Positions 14,348-26,686 of a stretch of DNA of 64,000 bases are shown piece by piece. The position numbers and the translations under genes are program-made. The DNA is taken from assembly GCF_009834535.1 (NCBI RefSeq), contig NC_045697.1:52702001-52766000 (forward strand). The letters run 5' to 3'. The first letter of the stretch is position 1. Every line of letters starts with the position of its first letter. Source of the DNA: Camelus ferus. Lineage: Eukaryota. A model generated the notes under the pieces. The model was not told the origin of the DNA, did not search any database, and saw only the letters and a list, made by a program, of their open reading frames with translations.

Positions 14348-14378
<31 letters not shown>

Positions 14379-14424
14379 TAAATAAATAAATAAATAAATA
14401 ACTTAATTACCTAGCCCCTGCAAA
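14270..14424 (+). mobile_element. tRNA-Ala-derived SINE (camelid-type), DCK intron 6
   Basis: A box TAGCTCAGTGG, B box GGTTCAATCC, (TAAG)n/(TAAA)n linker, 'taattacc...ccc' tail, imperfect TSD AAGATAC(AC)TATT. Confidence 0.9.
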
Positions 14425-15675
14425 AGATACACTATTCTCTACATATTCTAGACTACACAGTAATTCTCCTGAATAGACAAAGATTATTGCCTTGTAAAAA
14501 TACCTGAAAAAGAAAGCCAACTTTTAGCATTATTAATGAAAGTAAAAATAAATAATAACATAAAATGATTATTAATCAAAACACAGAAGTGTTAGATAAA
14601 ATTAAAAAGTGGTTTTACAGATTCATTCAGTTAAAATGATGGTTGGCTGTTAGTACTGCCATGGCTGACTTAATTTTTTAATTTATTTTAACAGTATCAC
14701 AAGTGAATTCTATCCTATATTTTTATCATTAATTAGTATGAAGAAGTCACTTGAATTTTCCAGATATGCTTTTCTTTGTATCATGGGGAACATAATGATA
14801 TGCTATAGTAGTTATCCATATGCTGAAATTTTCAAAATTCCTGATACCTATCCCTTATGAATGTTAAATATCTATTACAGTAAACAACAGATATTTTGTG
14901 ACAAGCAAAAAGAAAAATCAAGTTTCTCTCAAAACTAAACAAACAAAAAATGTGGCTTCTTCTTTAGATCTTAGATCACTAAGTTAATTAACATGGATAC
15001 AGGGACATTTGTTACACAATTCCCATTACTATTGTCTCTCAAGTGTTCATCAGTAGGTTCCCTCTCAGCCCCTTTATCAATATGAGCATCTTTCACCCAA
15101 CAGAATATAGTCAACTCCCAAATATCTAGAGAATAAATTAACTCTGATTAAGACAATGACTCAATGATTAGACAATGCCAATTCACCATTGACAAGGTCC
15201 CCAATAAAACTCAAACCTAAAAATCTTTAATCTCAAGACTTAAGCTAAATATAAAAATGAATAAGATCTATATCCTATAATTTCAAACATCTTCTATACT
15301 GAATTTAGTAGAAAAAGATTAATTTCACAGTTTATTATTAAAATATCTGAAGATTGGTGGTATAGGGAAGAGGGGAAGAAAAGAGAACAAAGCAGAGAAG
15401 AGGGTGAGCAAGAACTTTTGTCAATGTGGTTAATTAACTCTGTGTTACAGAAGAAACTCAAGGAAAAGGAAGTTCTTTATTTTAGGTAGTGTTACAAAGC
15501 TAGAATTTGAAGTTAGGATGAGAATCTAAACAGTCCATATCCCTCTAAAGCTCTTCACTGTCTCTTACTGTAACTCTATGTAATCTTTTGTTATAAAATT
15601 GTTTTCTCACAAGTTAGAACACTTCTTTAGACAAGATAAAACAAATGTTATTTTATAGTCTTTGTATAAATCTAC

Positions 15676-15766
15676 CTTTTCAACCAGAATGTCATGTTTG
15701 TCTTTAAAGTCTTCATTAACATCCAGTGTTAAGATAGGCACTTCTTGTAGATAATCAAAGTTGGTT
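15676..15766 (-). CDS. DCK: Deoxycytidine kinase, exon 6 (91 nt)
   Basis: TAG acceptor, GTAGA donor. Encodes TNFDYLQEVPILTLDVNEDFKDKHDILVEK. Confidence 0.97.
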
Positions 15767-16039
15767 CTATTTAAGGAGAGATGAACAAAATAATTAGAAA
15801 AGGCAGTAAATAAAAGAGAAACACTAAAAGTTTATTCTTATGTCATCATTGGAAAATCAAATGTTATCAATCATTTTATATTAAAGTTATCCTGCAAGTA
15901 CTTCATCTGGCAGTCACTTTTTTCTCACCTACATTTACTATACATATCCAAAACCTCAGGTATAAAATTATATAAAGCTAGGCACTGTGAAATGTAATTC
16001 TCCTCAAAGACCAAAATCATACCATAAAGTAGGAATTTT

Positions 16040-16080
16040 GTTTAACATTTTTTATTGATTTATAATCATTTTACAATGTT
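16040..16080 (-). mobile_element. 41-bp extreme 3' fragment of a young L1
   Basis: Matches the terminus of the copies at 40060 and 56871. TSD GTAGGAATTTT at 16029-16039 and 16081-16091. Confidence 0.85.
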
Positions 16081-16272
16081 GTAGGAATTTTTTTTTTAAA
16101 GATGAGAAAACTGAATCTCAGGGAGGTCACTCTGAGGCTCAGAGATTGCCTAAGGTTGCACATTAATATGCGAGATGGATTTGAACTAAGATCTGATTAA
16201 TGACAAAGTACGGTGATCTAAGAAACAAATTTGAAATACCTTAAAATTCTCTATGAACGAGAGTAGAGGCAT

Positions 16273-16417
16273 GGGGGAGGGTATAGCTCAAGTGGTAGAG
16301 TGCATGCCTAGCATGTTCAAGATCCTGGGTTCAATCCCCAGTACCTCCTCTGATAAATAAATAAGTAATACCTAATACCTCCCCCATCAAAAAAGAAAAA
16401 AAAAAAAAAAAAAAAAA
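16273..16417 (+). mobile_element. tRNA-derived SINE with long poly(A)
   Basis: A and B boxes, ~29-nt A tail, perfect 13-bp TSD AGAGTAGAGGCAT at 16260-16272 and 16418-16430. Confidence 0.93.
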
Positions 16418-16423
16418 AGAGTA

Positions 16424-16865
16424 GAGGCATATCTAGGAGATACTGCAGATCTGGGTCCAGACCACTGCAATAAAGTGAACATCACAACAAAAGAAGTCAC
16501 ACAAATCAAAAGGTTTCCCAGTGAGCATAAAAGTTACATTTATACTATAATGCAGCCTATTAAGTGTGCAATAGCATTATGTCTAAGAAAAAGTAGATAC
16601 CTTAATTGAAAAATACTTTATTGCTAAAAAATGCTAACCATCATCTGACCCTTTGGAAAGTTGTAATCTTTTTGCTGGCAGAGGGTTTGAAACATTGCAA
16701 GAATTTACAAAATGTGACACAGAAACACAGTATTAGCAAATGCTATTGGAAAAATGGTTCTGGGAGACTTGCTTGACACAGGGTTACCAAAAACCTTCCA
16801 CCCGTAAAAAGTACAATATCCACAAAGTGCAATAAAGCAAAGTGCAATACAATGAGGTATGCTTG
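16424..16865 (-). mobile_element. Internally deleted Tigger1-like DNA transposon
   Basis: Terminal inverted repeats (g)AGGCATATCTAG... and ...GAGGTATGCTTG flanked by TA. Body resembles the recalled Tigger1 ends. Confidence 0.8.
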
Positions 16866-17003
16866 TACTTAAATAATGTATATAGATATATTTCCTACTT
16901 TATCACTCTTGTGAAATTCCATATATTATGTCGCAAATAACACTGGGGGAGATTAGCTACAAAGACTTTAAGAAAATAAAAAGAATCAAAATCCACACCT
17001 AGT

Positions 17004-17125
17004 GGGGCGGGTATAGCTCAGTGGTAAAGTGCATGCTTGGCATGCACAAGGTCCTGGGTTCAATCCCCAGTACCTCCATTTAAATAAATAAATAAATACC
17101 TAATTACCACCCCCCTGGAAAAAAA
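17004..17125 (+). mobile_element. tRNA-derived SINE, DCK intron 5
   Basis: A and B boxes, (TAAA)n, A tail, flanking AAAATCCAC repeats. Confidence 0.9.
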
Positions 17126-17260
17126 AAAATCCACTTAATTCTGGGAGATCCTACAAAACTAATAAATAAAAATGGCTGAAAAGGAAAAACTGTACTTGTT
17201 TGGATTAATGTTTGATAAAGGTATTAAAAATAAGAGTAAATAAGAATAAGGAAACCTTAC

Positions 17261-17376
17261 TTTAGTGTTCTATGCAGGAGCCAGCTTTCATGCTTACAGT
17301 GAAGCTTCTGTAAGTATTCAAGTGGAATGCCTTGTTCTTCACTTCTTCCCCGTAAATATATTCTATTCAAGCATTT
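17261..17376 (-). CDS. DCK: Deoxycytidine kinase, exon 5 (116 nt)
   Basis: TAG acceptor, GTAAG donor. Encodes [38 protein letters not shown](K), the lid region. Confidence 0.98.
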
Positions 17377-18771
17377 CTAAAAGCAAGCAGTAAGGGATAA
17401 GAGGAGTGAGGGAGGCAAGGAACACTTATTCTTGTCAGCTGTCATTAAATTTTTTTTCTTCAGTGTCTCTTTAGTTGTGCCAGCCAAAATCTCTATTTAT
17501 TTCTACTAGAAAGGTGGAATAGTTCATTTTTTCCCTCCCTATGCTTTTCAACCACCTGGTGGCTCTGAACCAAGGAGTACTCTCAAAAGTAAGTCAAAAT
17601 ATGTCTATAAACTTTTGACATCCATACTTGAAATATACTGCATAAAATAAGTTTGTTTAAAAAACAAAAAATTAAAAGGTTCAGTATACAAACTGTGCTT
17701 CAAAGTCTATTATAAATCCCCTCTTTTCAAATTTAAATGATCCTCTAATCAAATGATATCATAAACAATATTGATGAAATAAAATTTTGTTTTACACATT
17801 AAGATATTGACTATGAATGTTTCTAGCATAATGAAATTATTTGTATTCTTCATATTCGTCTATAATTCATAATAAAAACGAAAAATTCTTTTCAAAAATA
17901 AAAGTGAATTTCAAAATTGTTATTGTTAAATTCTAGCTTACTTGATATTAGAAGAGGAACAAAATCATTACAAACCTAGTTTCTTTGAAAATTCAGCTTC
18001 AATAGCAACACGTTCATCAGAGCCTACTTTGTGACTTAGGGAAAAACCAGGAATAAAAAACAAGAGAAAAATGGGGATGCAAGCAGCAAAACCAGAAATT
18101 TCTTAACAAATGTAAACTCTTAGGTTAATTTTATGAAAGGCATCTATGTACTTGGTCTTCCTGGAATCATTACATAATTTCATATGTAAACAAGAATAGC
18201 TATTTACAGCCTATCATGAAAGGCACACTTTCAAGTTGACAAGGGTCTTCTAGGTCTCTTTTCAACTGCAGCTGCTACCACCTACCCATTTCAAGCCACA
18301 TTCCAAGCCACAAATAACCATAAAAGATTTCTTGAAATGAACCTCTATCAACTTTGCCACTGATTCAGCAAATACTTAATTGAGCTCCTACTATGTACTC
18401 AGGCCCTGTTCTAGGCACTGGAAATTCAACAGTAATTAAAATATCCAAAGTCCCACCTCATGAAGCCTATATTGTAAGAGTTGCTTGGGCAAGTTTCTTA
18501 ATCTAGCTATGATAGATAAGCAATAGTTAGGAACAAATAATGAAGAATGGAACTGAGGAAGACCAGAGAAAGCGCCTACAAGAGCAACTTCCAAATCTGG
18601 GTTTACAGTTTGCTGAGAAAATAGAATGCTCCTATCTACACAGTTATGAGTTTCTAATTTGGAGGTGGAGAGTGAAGTTAACTGAATTGCCTTCACTGCA
18701 TACCATTGAAAGGATTTCTAATTATTACTTCGAAATGTCAATGGAGCAAACAGATTTTTACTGAGTCTCAC

Positions 18772-18919
18772 CTCTGGAGTGGCTCGAAGATAAATTATTC
18801 CATCCAGTTCAAGGCTTTGGCCAAACTGGTTATTCATCCAGTCATGCCAGTCTTGATAAATGGTCCACTCTGTTTCATTCATGCAGTCAGATTCATACAA
18901 ATTAGATGCAAAAATATAC
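18772..18919 (-). CDS. DCK: Deoxycytidine kinase, exon 4 (148 nt)
   Basis: CAG acceptor, GTGAG donor. Encodes [49 protein letters not shown]; overlaps ORF 18718..18900. Confidence 0.98.
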
Positions 18920-19115
18920 CTGAAAGAGAGTCTACGTCAACACATAAATTCTTTCCAAAAAGCACAAAGAAAAAAGAAATTAGATCCAATTTCTAATAGA
19001 CATGAAACATTCTCCTAAAACCCAAGGCAGATGATGCTTTCGTTAGCAGAAAAAAAAAATAACAACAGAAAAAAAATAACAGAAGTATCTCCAACCATAG
19101 AATATATGGCCTTGG

Positions 19116-19537
19116 TCAGAGGTTCCCAAAAATATGGTATGAGAACCACTGGTAGTCCAAGATCCTTCTGGGGGTTTTGTGAGGCCAGATTAATTTATAT
19201 GCTATACTTCAAAGAAAAGAACATATTACAACAGCTTAAAAATAGAAGCACAAATGAGCATCCAGTTGACTTCTATTAAGTCAGACACGAAAGAGATTTG
19301 CAAAAATGTAAAAAATGCTACTTTTCTAATTTTTTGTTTTGAAAAATATAATTTTCACAAGTATGTTATTTATATTGATATATAATAGATTTATTATTTC
19401 TAACTTAAAGTACAGTAATAATTTTTTATATTTGTCAATCTTAATTTCTACTAACATAAATATCACTAAGACACACAGCTCTTTGGGCTCCTTAATAACT
19501 GGTAAGAATGGAAAGGGGTCCTGAAGTTTGAGAACCT
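19116..19537. mobile_element. hAT-Charlie-like DNA transposon relic
   Basis: Terminal CAGAGGTTCCCAAA ... TTTGAGAACCTC inverted-repeat-like ends. Confidence 0.5.
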
Positions 19538-19941
19538 CAATTTTAAGCTAGTAAAAGAACCCTCACAAAATAAGCAGGTAATTCCAAGCCCTCCTTAGAG
19601 ATATATGATCTCCTTGCTCCAGGTACAAGTCTAGAATACAGATCCAGATTTAACCAGAGCAGATAAGAACTTTAAGAGAGTTGGAGGAAAAAAATTCTTT
19701 GCAAATTTGAATGAGATGAGATGACCACCACATTCCACCGCAGTTTCCATAGCAGCTAGCAATTATGTAGAACTTCCCTAATGCCACTGGTTCCAAACTG
19801 CTGAAGGTATTGAAATGCCATCTTCCAACTCAAATCTCCAACTCAACCTCTCTTATTACTTTGATTCCCAGGAAACAGGGGGAAAAAAGTCCAGTTCTAA
19901 GCCAATATTCTAAACTGACAAGTACTATCATTTATATATAC

Positions 19942-20135
19942 CTGTCACTATACACAGATCGTTCAAAAAATAACACAGGTTCCTCCGCATCTTTGAGCTT
20001 GCCATTGAGAGCAGCAAGCTGTGCTCGGATTCGACTGAGGCAGGCATATGATTGGAAGGTAAAAGACCATCGTTCAGGTTTCTCATACATCATCTGAAGA
20101 ACATTTCCACCACTCTTCTGAGACGTTGTCAGTTC
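19942..20135 (-). CDS. DCK: Deoxycytidine kinase, exon 3 (194 nt)
   Basis: TAG acceptor, GTATA donor. Encodes [64 protein letters not shown](R), with S74, Q97, R104, ERS motif and D133. Confidence 0.98.
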
Positions 20136-22687
20136 CTATTTTGAATTTGAAAAAAGAAGCAAAAAGCAAAATAATGATTAATAGGGCTATTTAAATTTTT
20201 TTTAAGTTGGAAAAAAAAAAGAAGTTGGATAAATTAAAAAGACAAACAACCAAATCCAAAAATGAGCAAAAGATCTGATAGATATTTTGCCAAAGAAGAT
20301 AGACAGATGGCTAACAGGCACATGAAAAGATGCTCAACATTGCTGACTTAGACAAACACAAATCAAAACAATGAGATATTCACACTTGCCTCTGGAAATA
20401 ATAAAATTATTCATTACTCTCAAAATATCACGGAAGTTAACTACTAACATGTTTCACTGCTTTCTTCAGGTTTCTAGCTTAGCATCTACTTTGGACAAAG
20501 TACTATGTGTTTAAGTAATTAAATACACAAAGTCATCTTAGGTTCCTTCCAGTATTCCTTTCACACTTAAAAACCCCTGAGATACTTACGTGGGGCCTAT
20601 TGCTAATCTCTCTCCAACCACAGTATCCACTAAAATATTCTATATTCTATATAGCCAATTTCTTGTTATTAGATTTTTATATAGTCTGATTAAAGCAACT
20701 TATGTTAGGGAATATCTTATGTAATCTTTGGGTTTTTTTTTTTAAAAAGAAGCTTGGTATCCTAAATGAATCTCTAATTTGCAAAAAATATAGAAAATAA
20801 TTTTGAGCATCTGAGACCTATCCATTGCCACTTCACTGCTACAGGCCAAACTCAGCAATTCCTATCATTCCAGGCTTCCAAATAAAAATAAGGGGGTGAA
20901 CAGAAAGAAGCCACTGAAATTTCTTCCCTTGCGTGATAGTATTTTCTGTCTTTTTAAATTAAAATTGCACAGTAACAGAATATAGTATAATACTTTTGAT
21001 ATGAGTTGTCAGATTAAAAAAGAAAAAACAAAATCCCAGGACCCAGAGATGCTTCATCAGCCTTTTCTATAATGTCAAGCTATGTAAAGATTCCCCCCAA
21101 AGCTGTATCAAGTCTTTAATCTTGTTTATTAACTTTTAAGGAATAAAATATGACTGCTTAATTCATATTCTCAATCCTAGTTCAAATAAATACCCCTGAA
21201 CACTTCTGAAAGTCCATGCTCAAAGTAGGTGGTTTTATTCCGGGGGGAGCGGGGTGGGGGGATGGAGTTCAGAAGTGTAAATACTACAACGGACCTCAAA
21301 GTTTCAGTTAAGAACTAAAAACCACACAAACACATGGCACTTGGAGGCAGAATTTAAATTTCATACCACAAACCACATAATTAAGTGAAACTTCCTTTCA
21401 AAACTGAAGAAGAAAAAGCATAAAACGGCAAGAAGCTAACAGTCAACAATAGGTCTGTTTAGAAGATACTGAGCAGATGATGAACTGAAATTAGGGTATA
21501 GTAGTTGCCTTCCCAAACTGCTTAAAGAATAAATTTATTTTTATTAGAGTTTCAAGAGCTTTGCTGATTTAATTATAAATTGCCCACTTATTCATCATCC
21601 TCCATGGAGAAAACGTTTCATGCAAGTGAATTTTTCAGGCTAAATGAAGTTTATCAACCCAACCAAAACTTTTCGTGTAGTTATTTTTATAAAGAGGACA
21701 CAAGTGTATATTTTCCCACCATAGTAAGTATAGCAGTTTGAAAATTAGTGACCGAGACAACTTTATGAACAGTGACTGCTGGATTTATAAGAGAAGTTAG
21801 CCAAACAGCATAAGTCTCTATTCGGCACATAAAAATATCAGGCACAAAATGTTTACGTTGCTATTTCATCTTAAACTAAATGAGCTCAAATTGCCATTAC
21901 TCTTCAGTTTATGTCTGTTTTTCAGTTTTCCTGTTTCCTCCTTTCATGTCAAGTTGTTGACATGGCTGCCTCTTCACAGTTCCTCCCTTGACAGCCCTAA
22001 TAAAAAATAAGTTTATTAGATTGTGACAAAAGTGTAATTACATACCCTATGACTAAACCACATTAACTTTAATGCATAATTTTGGGACCTCCATTTTGGC
22101 CACTCAAATGATCTGCTTCCTTCCTTGTTCTCAGCTGTTTGTGTGTCCCTTATCCAGTACTTCCAACTATTGCAAACATTCCCTCCTCAAAAGAAAATTT
22201 AATTAAAGTTGTGTATATTTTCATCATGTATTGTCATTTAAGTAAAGTTTGGCAGGCCTAAGATAATGTTGTAAACTTTTGACAGATCAACAAGCTCTTA
22301 ATAAAACTTCCTTATCTTTCTTAGATTTCAACTACTCCTGAAAAAGGGTCTGAGTAGGACCAAAAATTTAGGCATATACCCACAGTGGGGAAAACAAAAA
22401 ACAAAAACAAAAACAAAACTCCAATAAAACAGAAATATTAGGCCACATTAAAATTCTTTCAGTACTGACACCAGATTTTAGGCAAATTTATTTTTCAGAA
22501 AGGAGGAGAGTTGTGATTATTTTAAAGCAACTGAAATTCAAAACAGCTTGAGGGGAAAAAAGTGATACAGAGATACAGTTATGAAAAAATTTATGAAAAA
22601 AATTATCAGTCATGATTCATTAATCATTCACAAGTAACAGCTGATTTCATGGCAGGTGCTAGCACTCATCTGATGGCAAAGGTTTTT

Positions 22688-24570
22688 CATTCAGTAGATG
22701 GCTTTTTCACTTTGCTGATAATTTTTTTCACTGTGAAAAACTTTTAAATTTGGTGTGGCCCCATTTGTTTATTTTTCCTTTTATTTCCCTTGCCTTTGGA
22801 GTCAGATCCAAAAAACATCACTAAGACCTATGTCAAGAAGCTTACTGCCTATGTTTTCTTCTATGAGTTTTATTATTTCAAGTCTTACCTTCAAGTTTTT
22901 AATCCATTTTTAGTTAATTTTTCTATATGGTGTAAGATAGTGGTCCAGTTTCATTCTTTTAGAGGTAGCTATCCAGTTTCCCCAACATCCCAGTATTGAA
23001 GAGACTGTCCTTCCCCACTGTATATTCTTGCCTATTTTACTGTAAATTAACTGACCATACATGCATGGGTTTATCTATTCTACTCCATTCCATTGATCCG
23101 TGTGTCTGTTTTTATGCTAGTGCCATAGAGTTCTGATTTCCTATAGCTCTATAGTATAGTTTGTAATCAGGGCGTGTGATACCTCCAGCTTTGTTCTTTC
23201 TCAAGATTCCTTTGGCTATTCAGGATCTTCTGTGGTTCCATACGAATTCTAGTTCTGTGAAATTTCTGTGAAATTCTTAGTTCTGTGAAAAATACCACTG
23301 AAATTTTCATAGCCACTGCAATGAATCTGTATATTGTTTGGGGTAGTATGGACATTTTAACAATATTAATTCTTCTAATCCATGAGCACAAAATATCTTT
23401 CCATTTATTTGTGTCTTCTTTAATTTTTTTCATAAATGTCTTACAAATTTAGTGTACAGGTCTTTTCACCTCCTTGGTTAAATTTACTCCTAAGTATGTT
23501 ATTCTTTTGATGCAATTATAAATGAGATTGTTTTCTTGACTTCTTCTTTCTGATATTACTAATGTATAGAAACACAACAGATTTTTGCATATTAATTTTG
23601 TGTCCTACAACTCTACTGAATTCATTAATGAGTTCTAACAATTTTTGGTGGAGTCTTAAGGGTTTTCTATACATAATATCATGTCATCTATAAATAATGA
23701 CAGTTTTACTTCTTCCTTTCCAATTTGTATGTTTTCCATTTCTTTTTCTTGCCTAATTGCTGTGGCTAGGACTTTGTACTGAATGGAAGAAGATATCTAC
23801 AAAACATATCCAATAAGGGGTTAAGATCCAAAATATATAAAGAACTTATACAACTCAGTAACAAAAAAACAAACTATCCGATTAAAAAACTAGTAGAAAA
23901 TCTAAATAGACATTTTCCCAAAGACATACAGCCAACAGGCTCATGAAAAGATCTATAAATCACTAGTCATCAGGGAAATGCAAATCAAAACCACAATGAG
24001 ATATTAACTTATACCTTTCAGAATGGCTATTATCAAAAAGACAAGAAATAACAAGTGTTGGTGAGGTTGTGGAGAAAAGGGAACCCTCATTCACTGCTGG
24101 TGGGAATGTAAATTGGTGCAGCCACTGTGGAAAACAGTATGGAGGTTCCTCAAAAAATTAAAAATAGAGCTACCACATGATCCAACAACTCAACTTCTGG
24201 GTATCTATCTGCAGAAGACAAAAACACTAATTGGAAAAGATATATGTACCCCTATGTTCACTGCAGCTTTATTTACAATAGCCAAAATATGGAAACCTAA
24301 GTGTCCGTCGATAGGTGAATGGATAAAGATGCGGTATATGTATACAATGGAAAACTATTTGGCCATAAAAGAGAACAAAATCTTGTTCTTGTTTGTATGG
24401 TGACAAATGGTAACTAGACTTACTGTGGTGGTAATTTCACTATGTATACAAATGTTGAATTACTATATTGTACACCTGAAACTAATACAATATTGTAGGT
24501 CAATTACATCTTAATAAAAAATATATTAAAATAGTAAATACATAAATATTAAGTTATTCAATATTAAATA
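22688..24570. mobile_element. 5'-inverted L1 (minus 22688-~23775, plus ~23778-24570)
   Basis: ORF2 remnants on both strands (23167..23433 minus [18 protein letters not shown]; 24113..24403 plus [20 protein letters not shown]). Confidence 0.9.
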
Positions 24571-25575
24571 TAAAAAGTTTTTTTCACTTAATGAAAAGAT
24601 TTATTTGATACTAAAAAAGAAGGGCAAGGTGGTGGTGGCAGTATTCATGTATACATGGAATTCTCTGCAGCATAAATGTTAATTCAAAACAGAAAATTTA
24701 AGTCTTGGATTAGTCTGCTCTATCCTCGGTTACATTATCCATTGATTATGTGGCATGTTTTTAAAAAAATAAGTGTGTATAGGAATGTGAGCACAAAGGG
24801 CATATGTTTTCCAAAAGTTTATTTTATATGTCTTAGAATTAGAAAATAGAGAATATCTGTTGAAGAACTAATATGTTCACTATTCAAAATATCCTTTCAT
24901 TACGAAAATGTACTTTAATTTTAATGATAATTATAACAATACCTACCATTTATTGTCTATTTTATGCCAAGGACTATATGAAAAACTTTACATACATTAT
25001 ATCAAACCTATGAAACCTAGTTAATAAATTTTAAAAAGGAGCTTAAAATGTTGAATAACTCATTAATATCAATATGCCAGGTAAGCAGCAAAGCGAGATT
25101 CAAACCTAAGACTGATTCTAAAGCCACATTCTTTCCAAAATGTTGCTCTGCTATTAAATACTGAAGTATAACTATAAAGTAAACAATACTTACATTTGAT
25201 TTCTTGAAGGGAGATATTCAGATAGTATGTGGATGATTAACTGGTGCTGGTGCTCTGTATTTTCATAATTTTATTTTAGACATGGACAACTTTACATAAT
25301 TATACAATAGAGAATTCACTAATGACATAAATACAGATTCACTAGTGAAAATACACCTGAGTTTTTTTTTAAAATAAAACTAACCATGAAAAACAATTTT
25401 TTGTCTTTATCTTTGAGCTATTTCAGGTTGTCTTTGCTGCACAAATACCTCTCACCAAAATCATCAACTTTAAAATAAATTTCAACAACTTCCAGATTAA
25501 TTAATTTAACATAGCACTTTTGAGTTGAAGTTACATTAAAAAATAAATTTAAGGTACTTCTATTTAGAAATTGTG

Positions 25576-26200
25576 TGTGGCAGGCACTGCTATGTGTTCC
25601 CTAACGCCAGGTTGCTTTTCTTCCTGGCCTTAGAGCTAGGCTTTATTTCCCAGTCTCGCTTGCAATTAACTGTGGCCATGGGACTCACTTCTAGACAGAG
25701 GAAGTAGGGCAGAAGCAGTGCATATCAGGTCCAGGCTGGACTCACAGAAGCCTCATAAATATGATTCTTTCTTTATCCATCATCTGGAAGCAAAAGGAAA
25801 CCAAGGCCCTAGCAGCAGTTTTCAACTTCAGCTCCAGGGCAGGGGTATTGAAGTATGGTCCCCAAAACAGCAGCAACAACATCACTTGGGAACTTGTGGG
25901 AAATGCAAGTTATTGGTATTTCCCCGTCAAACCTATTAAATGAAAAACTAGGGATGAGGCCTAGGCCTATGGTCTAGCAAGTCCTTCAAGTGACTCTAAT
26001 GAACATTAAAGTTTGAAGTGCTGTCCCAGAGGTTCGATGAGCCACAAGCTAGAAGGGGCTGAGGTCTCTCAGTCATAGCATGGTATGCCATCCACTCAAT
26101 ACCATATTGTACTGTTCTCTGACTGAGAAATGGAATTTTATTGTCTTAAACCAGAGATTTTAGAGTTTACTATAGCAGTACGTGTTACTTTAAATTTACC
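25576..26200 (+). mobile_element. MLT1-type MaLR LTR interrupted by a MER5A-like DNA element (~25840-26025)
   Basis: MLT1 motifs (TTTCCCAG..CTTGCA..TGTGGCCATG) on both sides of a CAGCAACAACATCACTTGGGAACTTG...AAAGTTTGA block. Confidence 0.65.
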
Positions 26201-26374
26201 TGATACACTTAATAAAATCTATCAGAAGTGAACTTGGTTCATCTGGAAAGCACTTAGGATCAATTTGCTATGCACTGTGAATAATACTGAAATAACAAAA
26301 TAGGGCATGTATATTAAAATTAAATGGGCTTGTTACAATACAGAGAGTGAACAGAAGTTTGAAACTTTTTCCGA

Positions 26375-26686
26375 ATACACTTAAGGACATTATACTCGGT
26401 GAAATAAGGCAGTCACAAAAATGACAAATACTGTATGATTCCAATTATATGAGGTATCTAAAGTAGTCAAGATTCAGAGATATAAAAAGCAGAATGACAG
26501 TAACCAGGAGCTGGGGGAAGGGAGCAAAGGAGAGTTGTTTATAGAGTACAGAGTTTCGGTTCTGCAAGACGAAAACTTCCAGAGATCTGTTTCACACAAT
26601 ATAAATACTTAATACTGCTGAGCTGTACATTTAAAAATGATTAAGATGGTAAAATTATTATATGTGTCTTTTACCACAATAAAAAA
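26375..26686 (+). mobile_element. Old L1 3' UTR fragment (L1MB-like)
   Basis: GGACATTAT...GACAAATACTGTATGATTCC...TTTTACCACAATAAAAAA. Confidence 0.75.

Noticed and set aside
14346..14401. (TAAG)n(TAAA)n tandem array
   Set aside because: Microsatellite expansion in the SINE linker; no spacers, so not CRISPR-like.
21241..21267. G-rich run GGGGGGAGCGGGGTGGGGGGATGG (possible G-quadruplex)
   Set aside because: Isolated low-complexity intronic tract with no supporting context.
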